Positions 18,838 through 28,953 are shown, counted from the stretch's first letter. The stretch: 64,000 bases of DNA from Myxococcota bacterium (GCA_039028615.1 JBCCHT010000012.1:32001-96000), one strand, 5' to 3'. Notes: a model not told the origin generated them from the letters alone. Numbers and translations are program-made.

Positions 18838-20279
18838 ACGCCCGGGTCGTCAGCGGCCTGACCGGCCTGCTCATCGGAATCGTAGCGCTGCTGCTGCTCG
18901 CCCCTGCGATCGTGGCCGCCTACGACGGGCAGGCGCGCTCGGTCGGAGCCTACGGGTCCACGGCCATCGCCGCCCTGGCGGTCGCCGTGGGCCTGCGCCG
19001 CTTCGGCCGGGGCGCGTCCGACGAGATCCACCGCAAGGACGCCCTCGGTGTCGTCGCCCTGACCTGGCTGTGCCTGGGGATCTTGGGCGGCCTGCCCCTG
19101 CTGATCGAGGGCTCGATCCCCGACCCGATGGGCGCGCTATTCGAGGCCGTCTCCGGCTTCACCACCACCGGGGCGACGGTGGTCGCCGACGTCGACGACC
19201 TCAGCCGCGCCACCAACCTGTGGCGCTGCCTCATGCACTGGGTCGGCGGCATGGGCATCGTGGTGCTCTTCGTCGCCGTGTTCCCCATCCTGGGCGTCGG
19301 CGCCAAGCACCTGTTCAAGTCCGAGGTCCCGGGGCCCATCACCGAGGGCCTGCGCCCGCGCATCCGCCAGACCGCCGTGGCCCTGTGGTGGATCTACGGG
19401 GGTCTCACCGCGCTGGCCACCGTGCTGCTGGTCGTCGCCGGTATGCCGGTATTCGACTCGGTCTGCCACGCCATGTCCACGCTGGGCACGGGCGGGTTCT
19501 CGTCGCGGGGGGCGAGCATCGGCGCCTACGACAGTGCGGCCATCGACTGGATCATCACCACCTTCATGCTGATCGCGGGGCTCAACTTCGGGCTCTACTA
19601 CGGCCTGCTCACCGGGCGCTGGTCGGAGCTATGGCGCAACTACGAGCTGCGCTTTTATCTCGCGATCAACGTCGCGGTCATCGCCCTGGTCGCCGTGTCG
19701 ATCCACGCCCGACACGGCTCCGCCATCGAGGCGGTGCGCTTCGCCGCCTTCCAAACCGCCGCGGTCACCACCACCACCGGGTTCATGACCGAGGACTTCG
19801 ATACCTACCCGGACATCGCCCGCATGGCCCTGTTCGGCTGCATGTTCATGGGCGCCTGTGCGGGCTCGACCGCGGGCGGCATCAAGGCCTCGCGGATCTT
19901 CATCCTCGGCAAGATCGTCCTCCGCGAGCTGCGAGCGGCCGTGCGCCCCAACGTGGTCCAGACCATCCGGGTCGGCGGGGGCAACCTCAGCCGCGACGTG
20001 GTGCGGGGCATCACCACCTTCTTCGTGGCCTACCTGGCGCTGTTCGGCATCGCCTCGTTCGTGCTGGTCGCCTTGGGCCTCGACATCCTGTCGGCCATGA
20101 GCGCCGCCGTGGCCTGCCTGTCGAGCGTGGGCCCGGGCCTGGCCGAGGTGGGCCCCGCCCAGAACTTCGGGTTCGTGCCCGGCCTGGGCAAGGGCGTGCT
20201 GTGCCTGTGCATGATCGCGGGCCGCCTCGAGATCTTCGCCCTCTTCGCCGTCTTCAACCCCGAGTGCTGGAGGAAGTAG
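18834..20279 (+). CDS. trkH: TrkH potassium uptake channel
   Basis: Filter motifs FEAVSGFTTTG, GTGGFS, TTTTGF, SVGPG; GSTAGGIK and GRLEIF. Confidence 0.95.
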   Translation: MNARVVSGLTGLLIGIVALLLLAPAIVAAYDGQARSVGAYGSTAIAALAVAVGLRRFGRGASDEIHRKDALGVVALTWLCLGILGGLPLLIEGSIPDPMGALFEAVSGFTTTGATVVADVDDLSRATNLWRCLMHWVGGMGIVVLFVAVFPILGVGAKHLFKSEVPGPITEGLRPRIRQTAVALWWIYGGLTALATVLLVVAGMPVFDSVCHAMSTLGTGGFSSRGASIGAYDSAAIDWIITTFMLIAGLNFGLYYGLLTGRWSELWRNYELRFYLAINVAVIALVAVSIHARHGSAIEAVRFAAFQTAAVTTTTGFMTEDFDTYPDIARMALFGCMFMGACAGSTAGGIKASRIFILGKIVLRELRAAVRPNVVQTIRVGGGNLSRDVVRGITTFFVAYLALFGIASFVLVALGLDILSAMSAAVACLSSVGPGLAEVGPAQNFGFVPGLGKGVLCLCMIAGRLEIFALFAVFNPECWRK

Positions 20280-20283
20280 CGGG

Positions 20284-23200
20284 ATGCGTCGGCTCTTCGT
20301 AGTGATTGCCCTGCTGGCCATGATGGTCAGTCTGCGTGCGCTCAAAGCCGAGACCTCCGATGGCTCCGACCCGCTGACGCTGGCCGCGATCGGCTTCGTG
20401 GTGCTCGCCGCGTTCGCGCTCGCCGAGCTCGGCGCCCGGCTGTCGCTGCCCAAGGTCACCGGCTACATCCTCAGCGGCGTCGCCCTGGGCCCCTTTGCCG
20501 CCAATGTGCTGTCCGCCGACGAGGTCGTCGAGCTGGAGATGTTCAGCACCTTGGCCCTGGGTCTCATCGCCACCACGGCCGGGCTCGAGCTCGACCTGCG
20601 TGCCCTCGCCCGGCTCACCCGCACGCTCGGCGCCACCATCGGGGTCAAGATCGTCACCGGCCTGCTGCTGGTGGGCGGGGCCCTGGTCGCCTTCGAGTCC
20701 TTCACCGGTACTTTGGGGCTGAGCGACACCACCACCATGGTCGCCATGGGCCTGGTGTTCGGCGCCCTGTCGCTCGGGACCTCGCCCGCCATTGCCCTCG
20801 CCGTGCAGAGCGAGAGCGGAGCCAAGGGGCGGCTCACCGAGATCGTCCTGGGCGCAGCCGTGGTCAAGGACGTGGTGGTCGTCGTCGGCCTGGCCATGGC
20901 CCTGGCGGTGAGCAAGGCCCTGCTGGGCGGCGGCAGCCTCGGCATCGACGTGGTGCTCCACCTCGGGCAGGAGCTCGGGTCCTCGGTGCTCGCGGGCGCG
21001 GTCTTGGGGGTCATCCTCATCGCCTACCTGCGCTTCGTGAAGACCGAGATGTTGCTCTTCGTCGCCGCCATGGTCCTGGTGGTGGCGGAGATCAGCGCGG
21101 TGCTCCACCTCGAGCTGCTGCTGGTCTTCATCGTGGCCGGCGTCGCGGTCCGCAACTTCTCGCCCTACGAGCACGACCTGCTGTCGCCGCTGCAGACCAT
21201 CTCGCTGCCCGTGTTCATCGTGTTCTTCACGACGGCGGGGGCGAGCATCGATCTCGGCGCGACGTGGTCGGTGCTGCCGCTGGCGCTGGTGCTGTGCGGA
21301 GCTCGGGCGGGGGGTTACTACGTCGCGTCCCGGGTGGGCGGCGGTTTCGGCAACGAGCCCGATGCCGTGCGGCGCCTGGCCTGGCTGGGTTATCTGCCGC
21401 AGGCCGGCGTCACGCTGGGCCTGGTGGGCTTGGCCGGCACCGCGCTGCCCGAGCTCAGCGAGCCGCTCGCCTCGCTGGGCATGGCCGTGGTCGCGGTCAA
21501 CCTGCTGGTCGGCCCCATCACGCTGCGCGTCGCGCTGCGGGGCGCGGGTGAGACCGCCGACGCTCGCCCGGCCGAGCAAGAAGAAGGCGAGGTCGCGCCC
21601 GTCCCCGTCGAAGAGCTGCCCGAACAGCTCGAGTCTCCCGAGCTCCGCGCCATGCTCCTCGAGCTGCGGGAGTCGCTGGCCCAGCCGTGGGAGCGCTGGC
21701 GCAAGGGCACGCTGGAGCCCAACGCCTGTCGCTGGCGCACGAGCATCGATCCCTCGGGCAGCTCTCGCGCCAACGATCACGGGGCGGCCGCGGTCCTTCG
21801 CGGCCTCGAGCGCGTCGCTCTCGAGCAAGAGCACGACCCGGCACAGGGCCTGCGTACCGTGCTGCGGCAGCAGCTGCATCACCTCCAGGCGCTGCCCCCC
21901 ACCGCCGTCGTGCCGCTCGAGGAGCGCAACGCCCGGCCCGGCCCCGACGACTCGCACTTCGCCCGCTGGCTCAAGCGGATCGCCGCGGTCGGTGCGTTCA
22001 TCGGAGGACGCCGCGGACGACGGAGTCGCCGCGCTCCCGTGCGCATCACGGCGCGCACGGTCATCGAGCCCGCCATGGCGCGGCTGGCCGAAGAGACCCT
22101 CCGCGACTGGCAACGCTACGAGGTCGAGTGCCTCGAGACCCTCGAGCGCGTCGCCTTGCACACCGGCTCGGGCGAGGACGCGGTCACCGAGCTGCAGCAA
22201 CGCCAGCAGGTGCTGCTCGACAAGGTGGCCTCCAACCACCGCGCCACGCTGTGGGCGGCCACCCGCGAGCTCGCGCGCCGCCTCGCCGTGCTGGGAGCCC
22301 CGGGCGCGCCCGCTCGGACCCGCTACTCCACTGTCGAGCGCGAGCTGACGGCCAGCCTCGACCGCCTCGACGCCGACGCCGAGGAGTGGCCCTCCCGTCG
22401 CCGCGCCGCCGTCGACCGCCTACGATTCAATGCCGAGACCGAGCGGGTCGAGCACAGAGTGCGCGCCCGGTTGCAGCAAGAAGTAGTGGCCCCGCTCGAC
22501 AACGCCTTCGAGCGCATCGAGGTGCTGCTCCGCGAGCAATACCAGCGACTCGAGAGCCTGCCGCGCTGCGCCGACTTGGCCGATGACGACGCGTGGGCCC
22601 GCGCCGACGCCCAGATCCGCGCCGTGCTGCCCAAGCCCGCCGCCAAGGAGCTCCGCAGCCTGAGCACCCGCGTGCGCCGAGCCACCTCCAGCGACAACGC
22701 CAGCGCCGAGCTCCGCAGCTTCGTCTCCGATGGCGACCAACAGATCACGGTGGTCGCCTCCCTCGACGCGCTGTCGCGAGCCGCCCGCCCGGCCGAGGTC
22801 GAGATCGTCACCGTGAACGTCCGCGAGCTCAAGGAGGTCCAGCTCGCGGGGCGGGTCTTGCCGCTCATCGAAGAGTGCCTCAGCGACGCTGCCATGGCGT
22901 TCTCCGCCGTGCGCGATCAGATGCGCGAGGTCGTGAGCCTCGCCGAGTTCGGCTTCGAAGCCGCGATGCGGGCACGCGGCGACGAGAGCAGCTCCATCAC
23001 CCAGCTCGACGAGGCGCTGTCGCGGGGGCAGAGCATGCTCGAGGCGCTTCAGGCGGGGGCGGCCCGCAGCTGGGTCGACGGGCGACCGCGGCTGCTCGGG
23101 GTCGTCAACGGCCTCGCCGAGCAACTCTCCGACATGGTGACCGCCACGGCCGGGGGCGACCACGGGTCGGCCGCGGCTCCGGTGAGCACGTGGGCCCGCC

Positions 23201-24441
23201 TTCGCCAGCGCGTGCTCCGTTGGCAGCGGCGGACCTTCACCACTCTACGACAGCTCATCCACGCCCTGCGGACCGGTGAAGTCGGTCAAGCGGCAGAGGA
23301 CCTCGCGCTGCGCTATCGCCTGCGGGCGGGCCTCGAGCTGTTCGACGCCCACGCCATCGCATCCTACCTCACCGAGCAGCAGGAGCTCCGGCGCGACCGC
23401 CTCGGAGGCCTGCACGCGTCGCTGTTCTCGCCCGAGCCCCTTCGCGATCCTCGGCTCTTCGTCGCCAACCGCGAGTCGCTCGGCACCATCGTTCGCGCCG
23501 AGCGTTCCTGGCAGTCGGACTATGCCAACGGCAACGGTGTGCTCGTCGTGGGAGCCACGGGCACGGGCAAGAGTTCGACCCTCGGCATCGCCCAGCTCAA
23601 GCTCGGCACGCGCCGGGTGATCTCCGTGCGTCCCACCCCCGAAGCCACCAGTCTTCGCGGTGCGCTGGCGCGGGCGCTCGGGGTGAGCGACGACGAAGAC
23701 GCCATCGACGGCGCCCTGCGACCGACCCCGTCCATCGTCGTCATCGACGACCTCCAGCGCTTCTTCCCGCCCACCGCCGCGGGGCTCGGGGCCCTCGCCT
23801 CGTTCATCAGCCGCGTCGTCTCCACCCGCGAGACCACCTTCTGGCTGGTGGGCATGGCCGAGGAGTCGATGTTCACCTGGCAGAGCCTGCAGGCCCTCGA
23901 CGAGGCCTTCCCCTGTCGTATCCATCTGAACCCGCTCGACCTGAGTACCCTGGCTGCGGTCATCGAGGCCCGCCGCGAGCTCGGCGGTCAGCGCTGCGTC
24001 TACCCGGCACCGCGCGGCGCCTGGCTGGCCAAGGTCCTGCGCCGCTCCCCGCAAGAGACCTACCTGCGGCGCCTGAGCACCGCGGCGGGAGGGAGCCTGC
24101 GCCGCGCCATGGACCTGTGGCGGGCGCATGCCGAGGTCGACGACGATGCCCTGCACCTGCGGCCCATCACCGCGATCTCGTGGCGACTGCCCTTCGTCCA
24201 GCAGCTGCGGCCCGAGGCGCAGGCCATTCTCACCCTGCTCGTCCGACACGGAGACCAGCCCGCGGCCGCCATCGCGACCGCGCTGGGCCTCGATGCCCCC
24301 GCCCTCGAGGTGCACCTGCGCTTCTTGGTCTCGAGCGGACTCATCTGCGACGACGCGGGGGCCTACGGGATCGCCACCTTCGTCAAAGACGACCTCATCG
24401 CGGCCCTGCGAGAGACCGGCTCGGTAGGAGGAAGCGTCTGA
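20284..24441 (+). CDS. Fusion of a CPA antiporter domain, a long helical region, a P-loop/AAA+-like ATPase and a C-terminal winged helix
   Basis: LPKVTGYILSGVALGP, TSPA, VVKDV and PQAGV in the first ~420 aa; Walker A GATGTGKS; Walker B SIVVIDD; HTH-like IATALGLDAPALEVHLRFLVSSGLI. Confidence 0.85.
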   Translation: MRRLFVVIALLAMMVSLRALKAETSDGSDPLTLAAIGFVVLAAFALAELGARLSLPKVTGYILSGVALGPFAANVLSADEVVELEMFSTLALGLIATTAGLELDLRALARLTRTLGATIGVKIVTGLLLVGGALVAFESFTGTLGLSDTTTMVAMGLVFGALSLGTSPAIALAVQSESGAKGRLTEIVLGAAVVKDVVVVVGLAMALAVSKALLGGGSLGIDVVLHLGQELGSSVLAGAVLGVILIAYLRFVKTEMLLFVAAMVLVVAEISAVLHLELLLVFIVAGVAVRNFSPYEHDLLSPLQTISLPVFIVFFTTAGASIDLGATWSVLPLALVLCGARAGGYYVASRVGGGFGNEPDAVRRLAWLGYLPQAGVTLGLVGLAGTALPELSEPLASLGMAVVAVNLLVGPITLRVALRGAGETADARPAEQEEGEVAPVPVEELPEQLESPELRAMLLELRESLAQPWERWRKGTLEPNACRWRTSIDPSGSSRANDHGAAAVLRGLERVALEQEHDPAQGLRTVLRQQLHHLQALPPTAVVPLEERNARPGPDDSHFARWLKRIAAVGAFIGGRRGRRSRRAPVRITARTVIEPAMARLAEETLRDWQRYEVECLETLERVALHTGSGEDAVTELQQRQQVLLDKVASNHRATLWAATRELARRLAVLGAPGAPARTRYSTVERELTASLDRLDADAEEWPSRRRAAVDRLRFNAETERVEHRVRARLQQEVVAPLDNAFERIEVLLREQYQRLESLPRCADLADDDAWARADAQIRAVLPKPAAKELRSLSTRVRRATSSDNASAELRSFVSDGDQQITVVASLDALSRAARPAEVEIVTVNVRELKEVQLAGRVLPLIEECLSDAAMAFSAVRDQMREVVSLAEFGFEAAMRARGDESSSITQLDEALSRGQSMLEALQAGAARSWVDGRPRLLGVVNGLAEQLSDMVTATAGGDHGSAAAPVSTWARLRQRVLRWQRRTFTTLRQLIHALRTGEVGQAAEDLALRYRLRAGLELFDAHAIASYLTEQQELRRDRLGGLHASLFSPEPLRDPRLFVANRESLGTIVRAERSWQSDYANGNGVLVVGATGTGKSSTLGIAQLKLGTRRVISVRPTPEATSLRGALARALGVSDDEDAIDGALRPTPSIVVIDDLQRFFPPTAAGLGALASFISRVVSTRETTFWLVGMAEESMFTWQSLQALDEAFPCRIHLNPLDLSTLAAVIEARRELGGQRCVYPAPRGAWLAKVLRRSPQETYLRRLSTAAGGSLRRAMDLWRAHAEVDDDALHLRPITAISWRLPFVQQLRPEAQAILTLLVRHGDQPAAAIATALGLDAPALEVHLRFLVSSGLICDDAGAYGIATFVKDDLIAALRETGSVGGSV

Positions 24442-25313
24442 TGACTCGACTGAAGACCGCCGCCCTCGCGACCTGCTCCCTGCTCACCGCCTGCCGCTCC
24501 CGCTCTCTCGAGGCCGAGGACGCGGCCATCGTCCGTACCTACGCCGACGAGCTGGGACCGGAGCTGCTCGCCGAGCTCAGCCACGTGCTCGACGTACTCA
24601 CCCCCGGCCGGGTGCTCGTCGCCCTGACCTTGGTCGCCTTCGTGGTGATCATGCAGCGGGTCCTGCTGCTCTCGGTCCGCATCGCGTGGCGGCTGGGCTG
24701 GGACCCGCAGCGCCGCCTCGCTCGCATCCGCAGCCTGGCCGAGATCGTCCTGCTGCTCTCGGTCGGCCTGCTGCTGGTGTGGATGGTCTTCAAGGTCGTC
24801 CCCTTGCTCACCTGCCTCGCCGCCATGTCGATCGCGCTCATCGTCGCGGTCGCGCTCCCCGGGGGTCTCCAGGACTTCGCCGCGGGCATCTCCCTGGCCA
24901 ATCGCTCCCGCTTCCTCGAGGGCGACCAGATCGAGGTCGGCCCGCACTCGGGCACCGTGCGCCACATCGGCCTCGTTCGCACCATGCTGCGACTCGGCGA
25001 CCGCGGCTCGCTGTGGATCCCCAACCGCGAGGTGGTGCGCAGCGCGGTCATGGTGGGTCGCGAGCAGCAAGCCCTGCCACTGACGGTGGAGCTGCCCGGC
25101 GGGCGGCTCGGCCCCGACCGACGCGAGCACCTGCGACAAGTCGCTCACCTGTCGCCCTATCGTCGGGCCGGCAGTCGCCCCACCCTCGAGCGCGAAGGCG
25201 ATCGCTGGACGCTCTCCTTCCAGACCTGGTGCACACGTCGGCCCGAGATTGCCGCCCGCTCCGTGGAACGCCAGCTCGCCGACATCGTGCGGCAGTGGGA
25301 GGCCCGCTCGTGA
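24441..25313 (+). CDS. Small-conductance mechanosensitive channel (MscS family)
   Basis: LQDFAAGI..RFLEGDQIEVG..GTVRHIGL..T..IPN core; TGATG overlap with the upstream gene. Confidence 0.85.
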   Translation: MTRLKTAALATCSLLTACRSRSLEAEDAAIVRTYADELGPELLAELSHVLDVLTPGRVLVALTLVAFVVIMQRVLLLSVRIAWRLGWDPQRRLARIRSLAEIVLLLSVGLLLVWMVFKVVPLLTCLAAMSIALIVAVALPGGLQDFAAGISLANRSRFLEGDQIEVGPHSGTVRHIGLVRTMLRLGDRGSLWIPNREVVRSAVMVGREQQALPLTVELPGGRLGPDRREHLRQVAHLSPYRRAGSRPTLEREGDRWTLSFQTWCTRRPEIAARSVERQLADIVRQWEARS

Positions 25314-26860
25314 ACACTCGCTCCCGCGCCGCCCGGCTCGCGCTCGTCGTCGGCATCGGCCTGCTCGGGGCCTGCAAGCTCGAGCCGATCGAAGACCTCG
25401 AGATCTCCGAGCCGGCCCCGCCGACCCTGCCCGATCGCGTGGTGCCCCTGTCCACCGAGCGCCCCGTCGGTGACCGCCAGGCCGAGCGCTGGGACGCCTC
25501 GCTGAACCGTTACCTCGGCTTCATCCACGGCGAGCCGCTGCAAGGACGGCGACCGGGCACCGAGGGCGCGACGCTGACGGTGGGCTTCGTCATCAGCGTG
25601 CTCGAGGGGGCCGGTCTGTCGCCCAACGGCCCCGACCTCGGGTGGACCCAACCGGTCGGCATTCGCATCGTCGAGATGCACGACCCCGTGCTCACCGTGC
25701 GGCACGCGGCGAAAGAGGGCGAACGAAAGGCCCCTGCCCCGCTGCGCTTCACCGAGGACCTGTGGCTCGAGCACCGCGGTGCCGCGGGCGAGTTCAGCCA
25801 TGCGCTGCGCATCGACGGCCCCGAGCCCGCCGTCGACCCCGAAGCCACGCCCGAAGATGGCCAGGCCCCGCTCGAGCGGCTCCAGGCGCCGCCCTTGCCC
25901 GTGCCCGAGGACGGCCGCTCCGTACGGGACCTGTATCGCGAGGTCTTCGACACCGCCTGGCGTGATGGAGTCGGCGTCGCCGTCATGCCCATCCCCGGCC
26001 CCGACCAGGTCGAGGCGCGGGCCATCGCCGAGTCGTGGCGGCGCCCCGACGTGCAATCGCTGCTGCCGGGGCGAGACCCTCCCGCCGCCCTCGATCTCGA
26101 GGGCTTCGTCCCGCCCGAAGTCCACGCCGCCTTGCTCGAGGCCCGCGACCGCCCCGGCTCCAGCATCGACGTCGACTTCCGCGTCGACGAGCGATGGTTC
26201 GAGGACTCCAACGTCATCGGTCGAATCGCTGGAGGTCGGCGCCCCGAGCAGGCCGTGGTCGTCGTCGCCAACTGGGACGCGGGTGAAGACGAAGCCGGCG
26301 CTCCCTCCAACGGCTCGGGCCTCGCCGTCCTGCTCGCCCTCGCCGAGGCCTCGGGTCGCTGGCGCAGCGTCGGCCGTCGTCCCGAGCGCTCCCTCATCTT
26401 CGTCGCCACCGCCGCGGGCAGCCTCTCCCACCGCGGCGCCACGCGCTTCATCGAGTCCAGCGGCATCCGCCCCTCCAACATCATCGCCGTCATCAACCTC
26501 GAGCAGCTCGGCGGCGCCGGCTCGGACCTCCTCGTCCTCGACGGCCACCACTCCAGCCTCTCCGACGACGTCACCACGCTCGACGCCACCGCCCGCATCG
26601 TCCCCGACGACGCCGCCCGACACGGCCACCGCCCCTTCGTCGATCGCCGGATCCCCGCCGTCACTCTCAGCCGCCCCGCCGAGCCCGGCGAAGACGGCGA
26701 GCCCCCCGAGCTTTCGATCGCCGCCCTCCGCAACGACGCCGAGCTCGCCTTCCGCCTCCTGTGGGAACTCTCCGACCGCCGCGAGATCCCCCGCCTCGCC
26801 GAGGCCGACCCACCATCGCCCGACGACGGCACTCGAGCTGCGGCGGGCACGACCCCCTGA
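25310..26860 (+). CDS. M28 peptidase-fold lipoprotein lacking canonical metal ligands
   Basis: Lipobox LGAC; GRRPGTEG, NVIGRIAG and RSLIFVA scaffold, but ANWD, APSNGSG and AAGS replace AHxD, DDNASG and GEE. Confidence 0.75.
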   Translation: MNTRSRAARLALVVGIGLLGACKLEPIEDLEISEPAPPTLPDRVVPLSTERPVGDRQAERWDASLNRYLGFIHGEPLQGRRPGTEGATLTVGFVISVLEGAGLSPNGPDLGWTQPVGIRIVEMHDPVLTVRHAAKEGERKAPAPLRFTEDLWLEHRGAAGEFSHALRIDGPEPAVDPEATPEDGQAPLERLQAPPLPVPEDGRSVRDLYREVFDTAWRDGVGVAVMPIPGPDQVEARAIAESWRRPDVQSLLPGRDPPAALDLEGFVPPEVHAALLEARDRPGSSIDVDFRVDERWFEDSNVIGRIAGGRRPEQAVVVVANWDAGEDEAGAPSNGSGLAVLLALAEASGRWRSVGRRPERSLIFVATAAGSLSHRGATRFIESSGIRPSNIIAVINLEQLGGAGSDLLVLDGHHSSLSDDVTTLDATARIVPDDAARHGHRPFVDRRIPAVTLSRPAEPGEDGEPPELSIAALRNDAELAFRLLWELSDRREIPRLAEADPPSPDDGTRAAAGTTP

Positions 26861-26871
26861 GGCGATCCGCT

Positions 26872-27963
26872 CTAGCCTCCGGCGCCGACGGTCACCACCG
26901 GTCCGCTGCCGCCCGGGGTGGACATGAGCGAGAACAGGTAGGTGAGCATGACAAAGACGTTCTGGGAGTCGGTATCGTCGGCGGCGATGTAGAAGGCGCG
27001 GCCGTTGTAGTCGACGCTGGCGTAGGCATCGCTGGGCGCCTTCTTGGCCTCGCGAACCTGCAACAGGGCATCGGCCAAGGCAGCGGGCCGACCTGCGACT
27101 CCTTCCACACCCTGGGACAGGTAGTACATGCTGGCCATCATCGACCGACCATGCAGGGTGACCTGGTGGGGGGTCGACTCGCCGCTATGGGGTGACAGCG
27201 CGTAGCGATAGGCGTCGGGATCGAGGCCGAGCAACGCACGGACTTCCGCGACCTGCGTGCGACCGGCGTCGGTCCCCGGGATGGCGAACACGAGCTCGTA
27301 GCTGCCATCCGCCTTCACGCCCGTGGTGATGGCGTGACTGCGCTGGAGCTCGCTGAGCATGCGCCCCAGTCGCTGGAAGTCGGTCTGCTCCTCGCGCCAG
27401 GGATTCTCAGGGGCGAACTGGCCGTTGATCTGCTGCACGCAGCAGGCGAGCACGGCATCCCAGGGCCAGCCCGCTTGCACGAGCTGAGCGATGGCCGAGG
27501 AGGACAGCGGGGTCGCGAGACGATGAACGAAATCCTCTCCTTGCAGCGGGGTATAGGTGATGGTGGGTCGCTCCTCGACCATGACGCCGGCCGCCGCCCC
27601 CACGCTGGCGGGCGGAACGAAGCCCCCGGGGCCGACGGTGTTGTAGGCCCCGTTGATGCCGGCGTTGGTCGACACGGCGTACTGGGTGACGACGCTGCTG
27701 ACCTGCAGGAACACGGGCAGCCGACGGTGCCGCAGCCGTACGATGTTGAGCAGCATCTGCTGCTCGGCGGACTGGGCGATCGACGCGGTGTAGTCGAAGC
27801 GCACGTCGGGCAAGCTCCGCGCGCCGACTCGAGTGGCACAGGCGCTGAGCGTGAGCAGGACGAGCATGGTGACAACCGCCCCAAACGCCCGCAGTCGCGG
27901 GATTCGGCGGCTTCGGGCGAACGAGTGGGGGGTCGAACGGGTGTCGGTGGGATGGTCGTGCAT
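26872..27963 (-). CDS. Hypothetical lipoprotein (start uncertain, 27867-27993)
   Basis: Lipobox LSAC; QMLLNIVRLR and PTITYTPLQGEDF motifs typical of a conserved uncharacterised lipoprotein family. Confidence 0.7.
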   Translation of the reverse strand: MHDHPTDTRSTPHSFARSRRIPRLRAFGAVVTMLVLLTLSACATRVGARSLPDVRFDYTASIAQSAEQQMLLNIVRLRHRRLPVFLQVSSVVTQYAVSTNAGINGAYNTVGPGGFVPPASVGAAAGVMVEERPTITYTPLQGEDFVHRLATPLSSSAIAQLVQAGWPWDAVLACCVQQINGQFAPENPWREEQTDFQRLGRMLSELQRSHAITTGVKADGSYELVFAIPGTDAGRTQVAEVRALLGLDPDAYRYALSPHSGESTPHQVTLHGRSMMASMYYLSQGVEGVAGRPAALADALLQVREAKKAPSDAYASVDYNGRAFYIAADDTDSQNVFVMLTYLFSLMSTPGGSGPVVTVGAGG

Positions 27964-28047
27964 ACGCCGGGCCCTCGCTTCAATCCCGAGCATGGCACTT
28001 GCGAAGGAGCAAAGAAACGCACCAAAATGCAATCGAGACCCGCAATC

Positions 28048-28953
28048 ATGCAAAGATTAGAGAACTGGGACGACCTGCGTTTTTTCCTCGCTGTGGCCCG
28101 TACGGGGGGTCTATCCGCCGCATCTCGAGAGCTGGGAGTCAACCAGTCCACGGTCTCGCGCCGCATCACCCAGCTCGAGGAGGGGCTGGCGGCACGCCTG
28201 TTCAACCGCCAGGCCCGGGGCTACGAGCTCACCGCGGTGGGCGAGCGCATGCTGGGGCTGGCCACCATCATCGAGGACGATGTGCTGGCGCTGAGCCGCA
28301 TGGTGATCGGAGCCGACCGCGACCTGCGGGGCACGATCCGCGTGACCACGGTGGACGAGCTCTTCGAACGCATCGCGCCGCACCTCAAGCGCTTCAGCGA
28401 CGAGTACCCCGGGATCGACATCGAGATGAACTCGGACAACCGCGTCTACAGCCTGGCGCGCGGCGAGGCCGACGTGGCGATCCGGCCCGGCCTACGACCG
28501 ACGGAAGACGCGGTGGTGGGCCGCAAGCTGGTGGCCTCGCCGCTGTCTGCCTATGCCTCTCCCGCCTATCTGGCCGCGAACAAACGACCCCGCCGCATCG
28601 CCGACCTGGCCAAACACACGCTGGTGAGCTTCGGCCACGGGCGCCCGAGCGACCCGGAGCTCCGCGCGATGCTCGAGGAGGGTCGCGTCGTGCTGCGCAC
28701 GGGCAGCATGACCGGGCAAGCCATCGCCGCCCGGGCAGGGATGGGCGTGGCGGTGCTTCCCCGGTTCATGGGCGACCCGGATCCGCAGCTCGAGCGCCTC
28801 TTCGGCGTGCCCACCGTTGCCCCCACACACCTGTGGCTGCTGATCCACGCCGACCTGCGGCAGACAGCGCGCGTGCGCGCATTCGTGGACTTCATGACCG
28901 AGTCGATCATGGCCGAGCGGGCCCTGTACGAAGGCACGCGCAAGCGAAGCTAG
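28048..28953 (+). CDS. LysR family transcriptional regulator
   Basis: WDDLRFFLAVARTGGLSAASRELGVNQSTVSRRI HTH; divergent from the lipoprotein gene. Confidence 0.95.
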   Translation: MQRLENWDDLRFFLAVARTGGLSAASRELGVNQSTVSRRITQLEEGLAARLFNRQARGYELTAVGERMLGLATIIEDDVLALSRMVIGADRDLRGTIRVTTVDELFERIAPHLKRFSDEYPGIDIEMNSDNRVYSLARGEADVAIRPGLRPTEDAVVGRKLVASPLSAYASPAYLAANKRPRRIADLAKHTLVSFGHGRPSDPELRAMLEEGRVVLRTGSMTGQAIAARAGMGVAVLPRFMGDPDPQLERLFGVPTVAPTHLWLLIHADLRQTARVRAFVDFMTESIMAERALYEGTRKRS

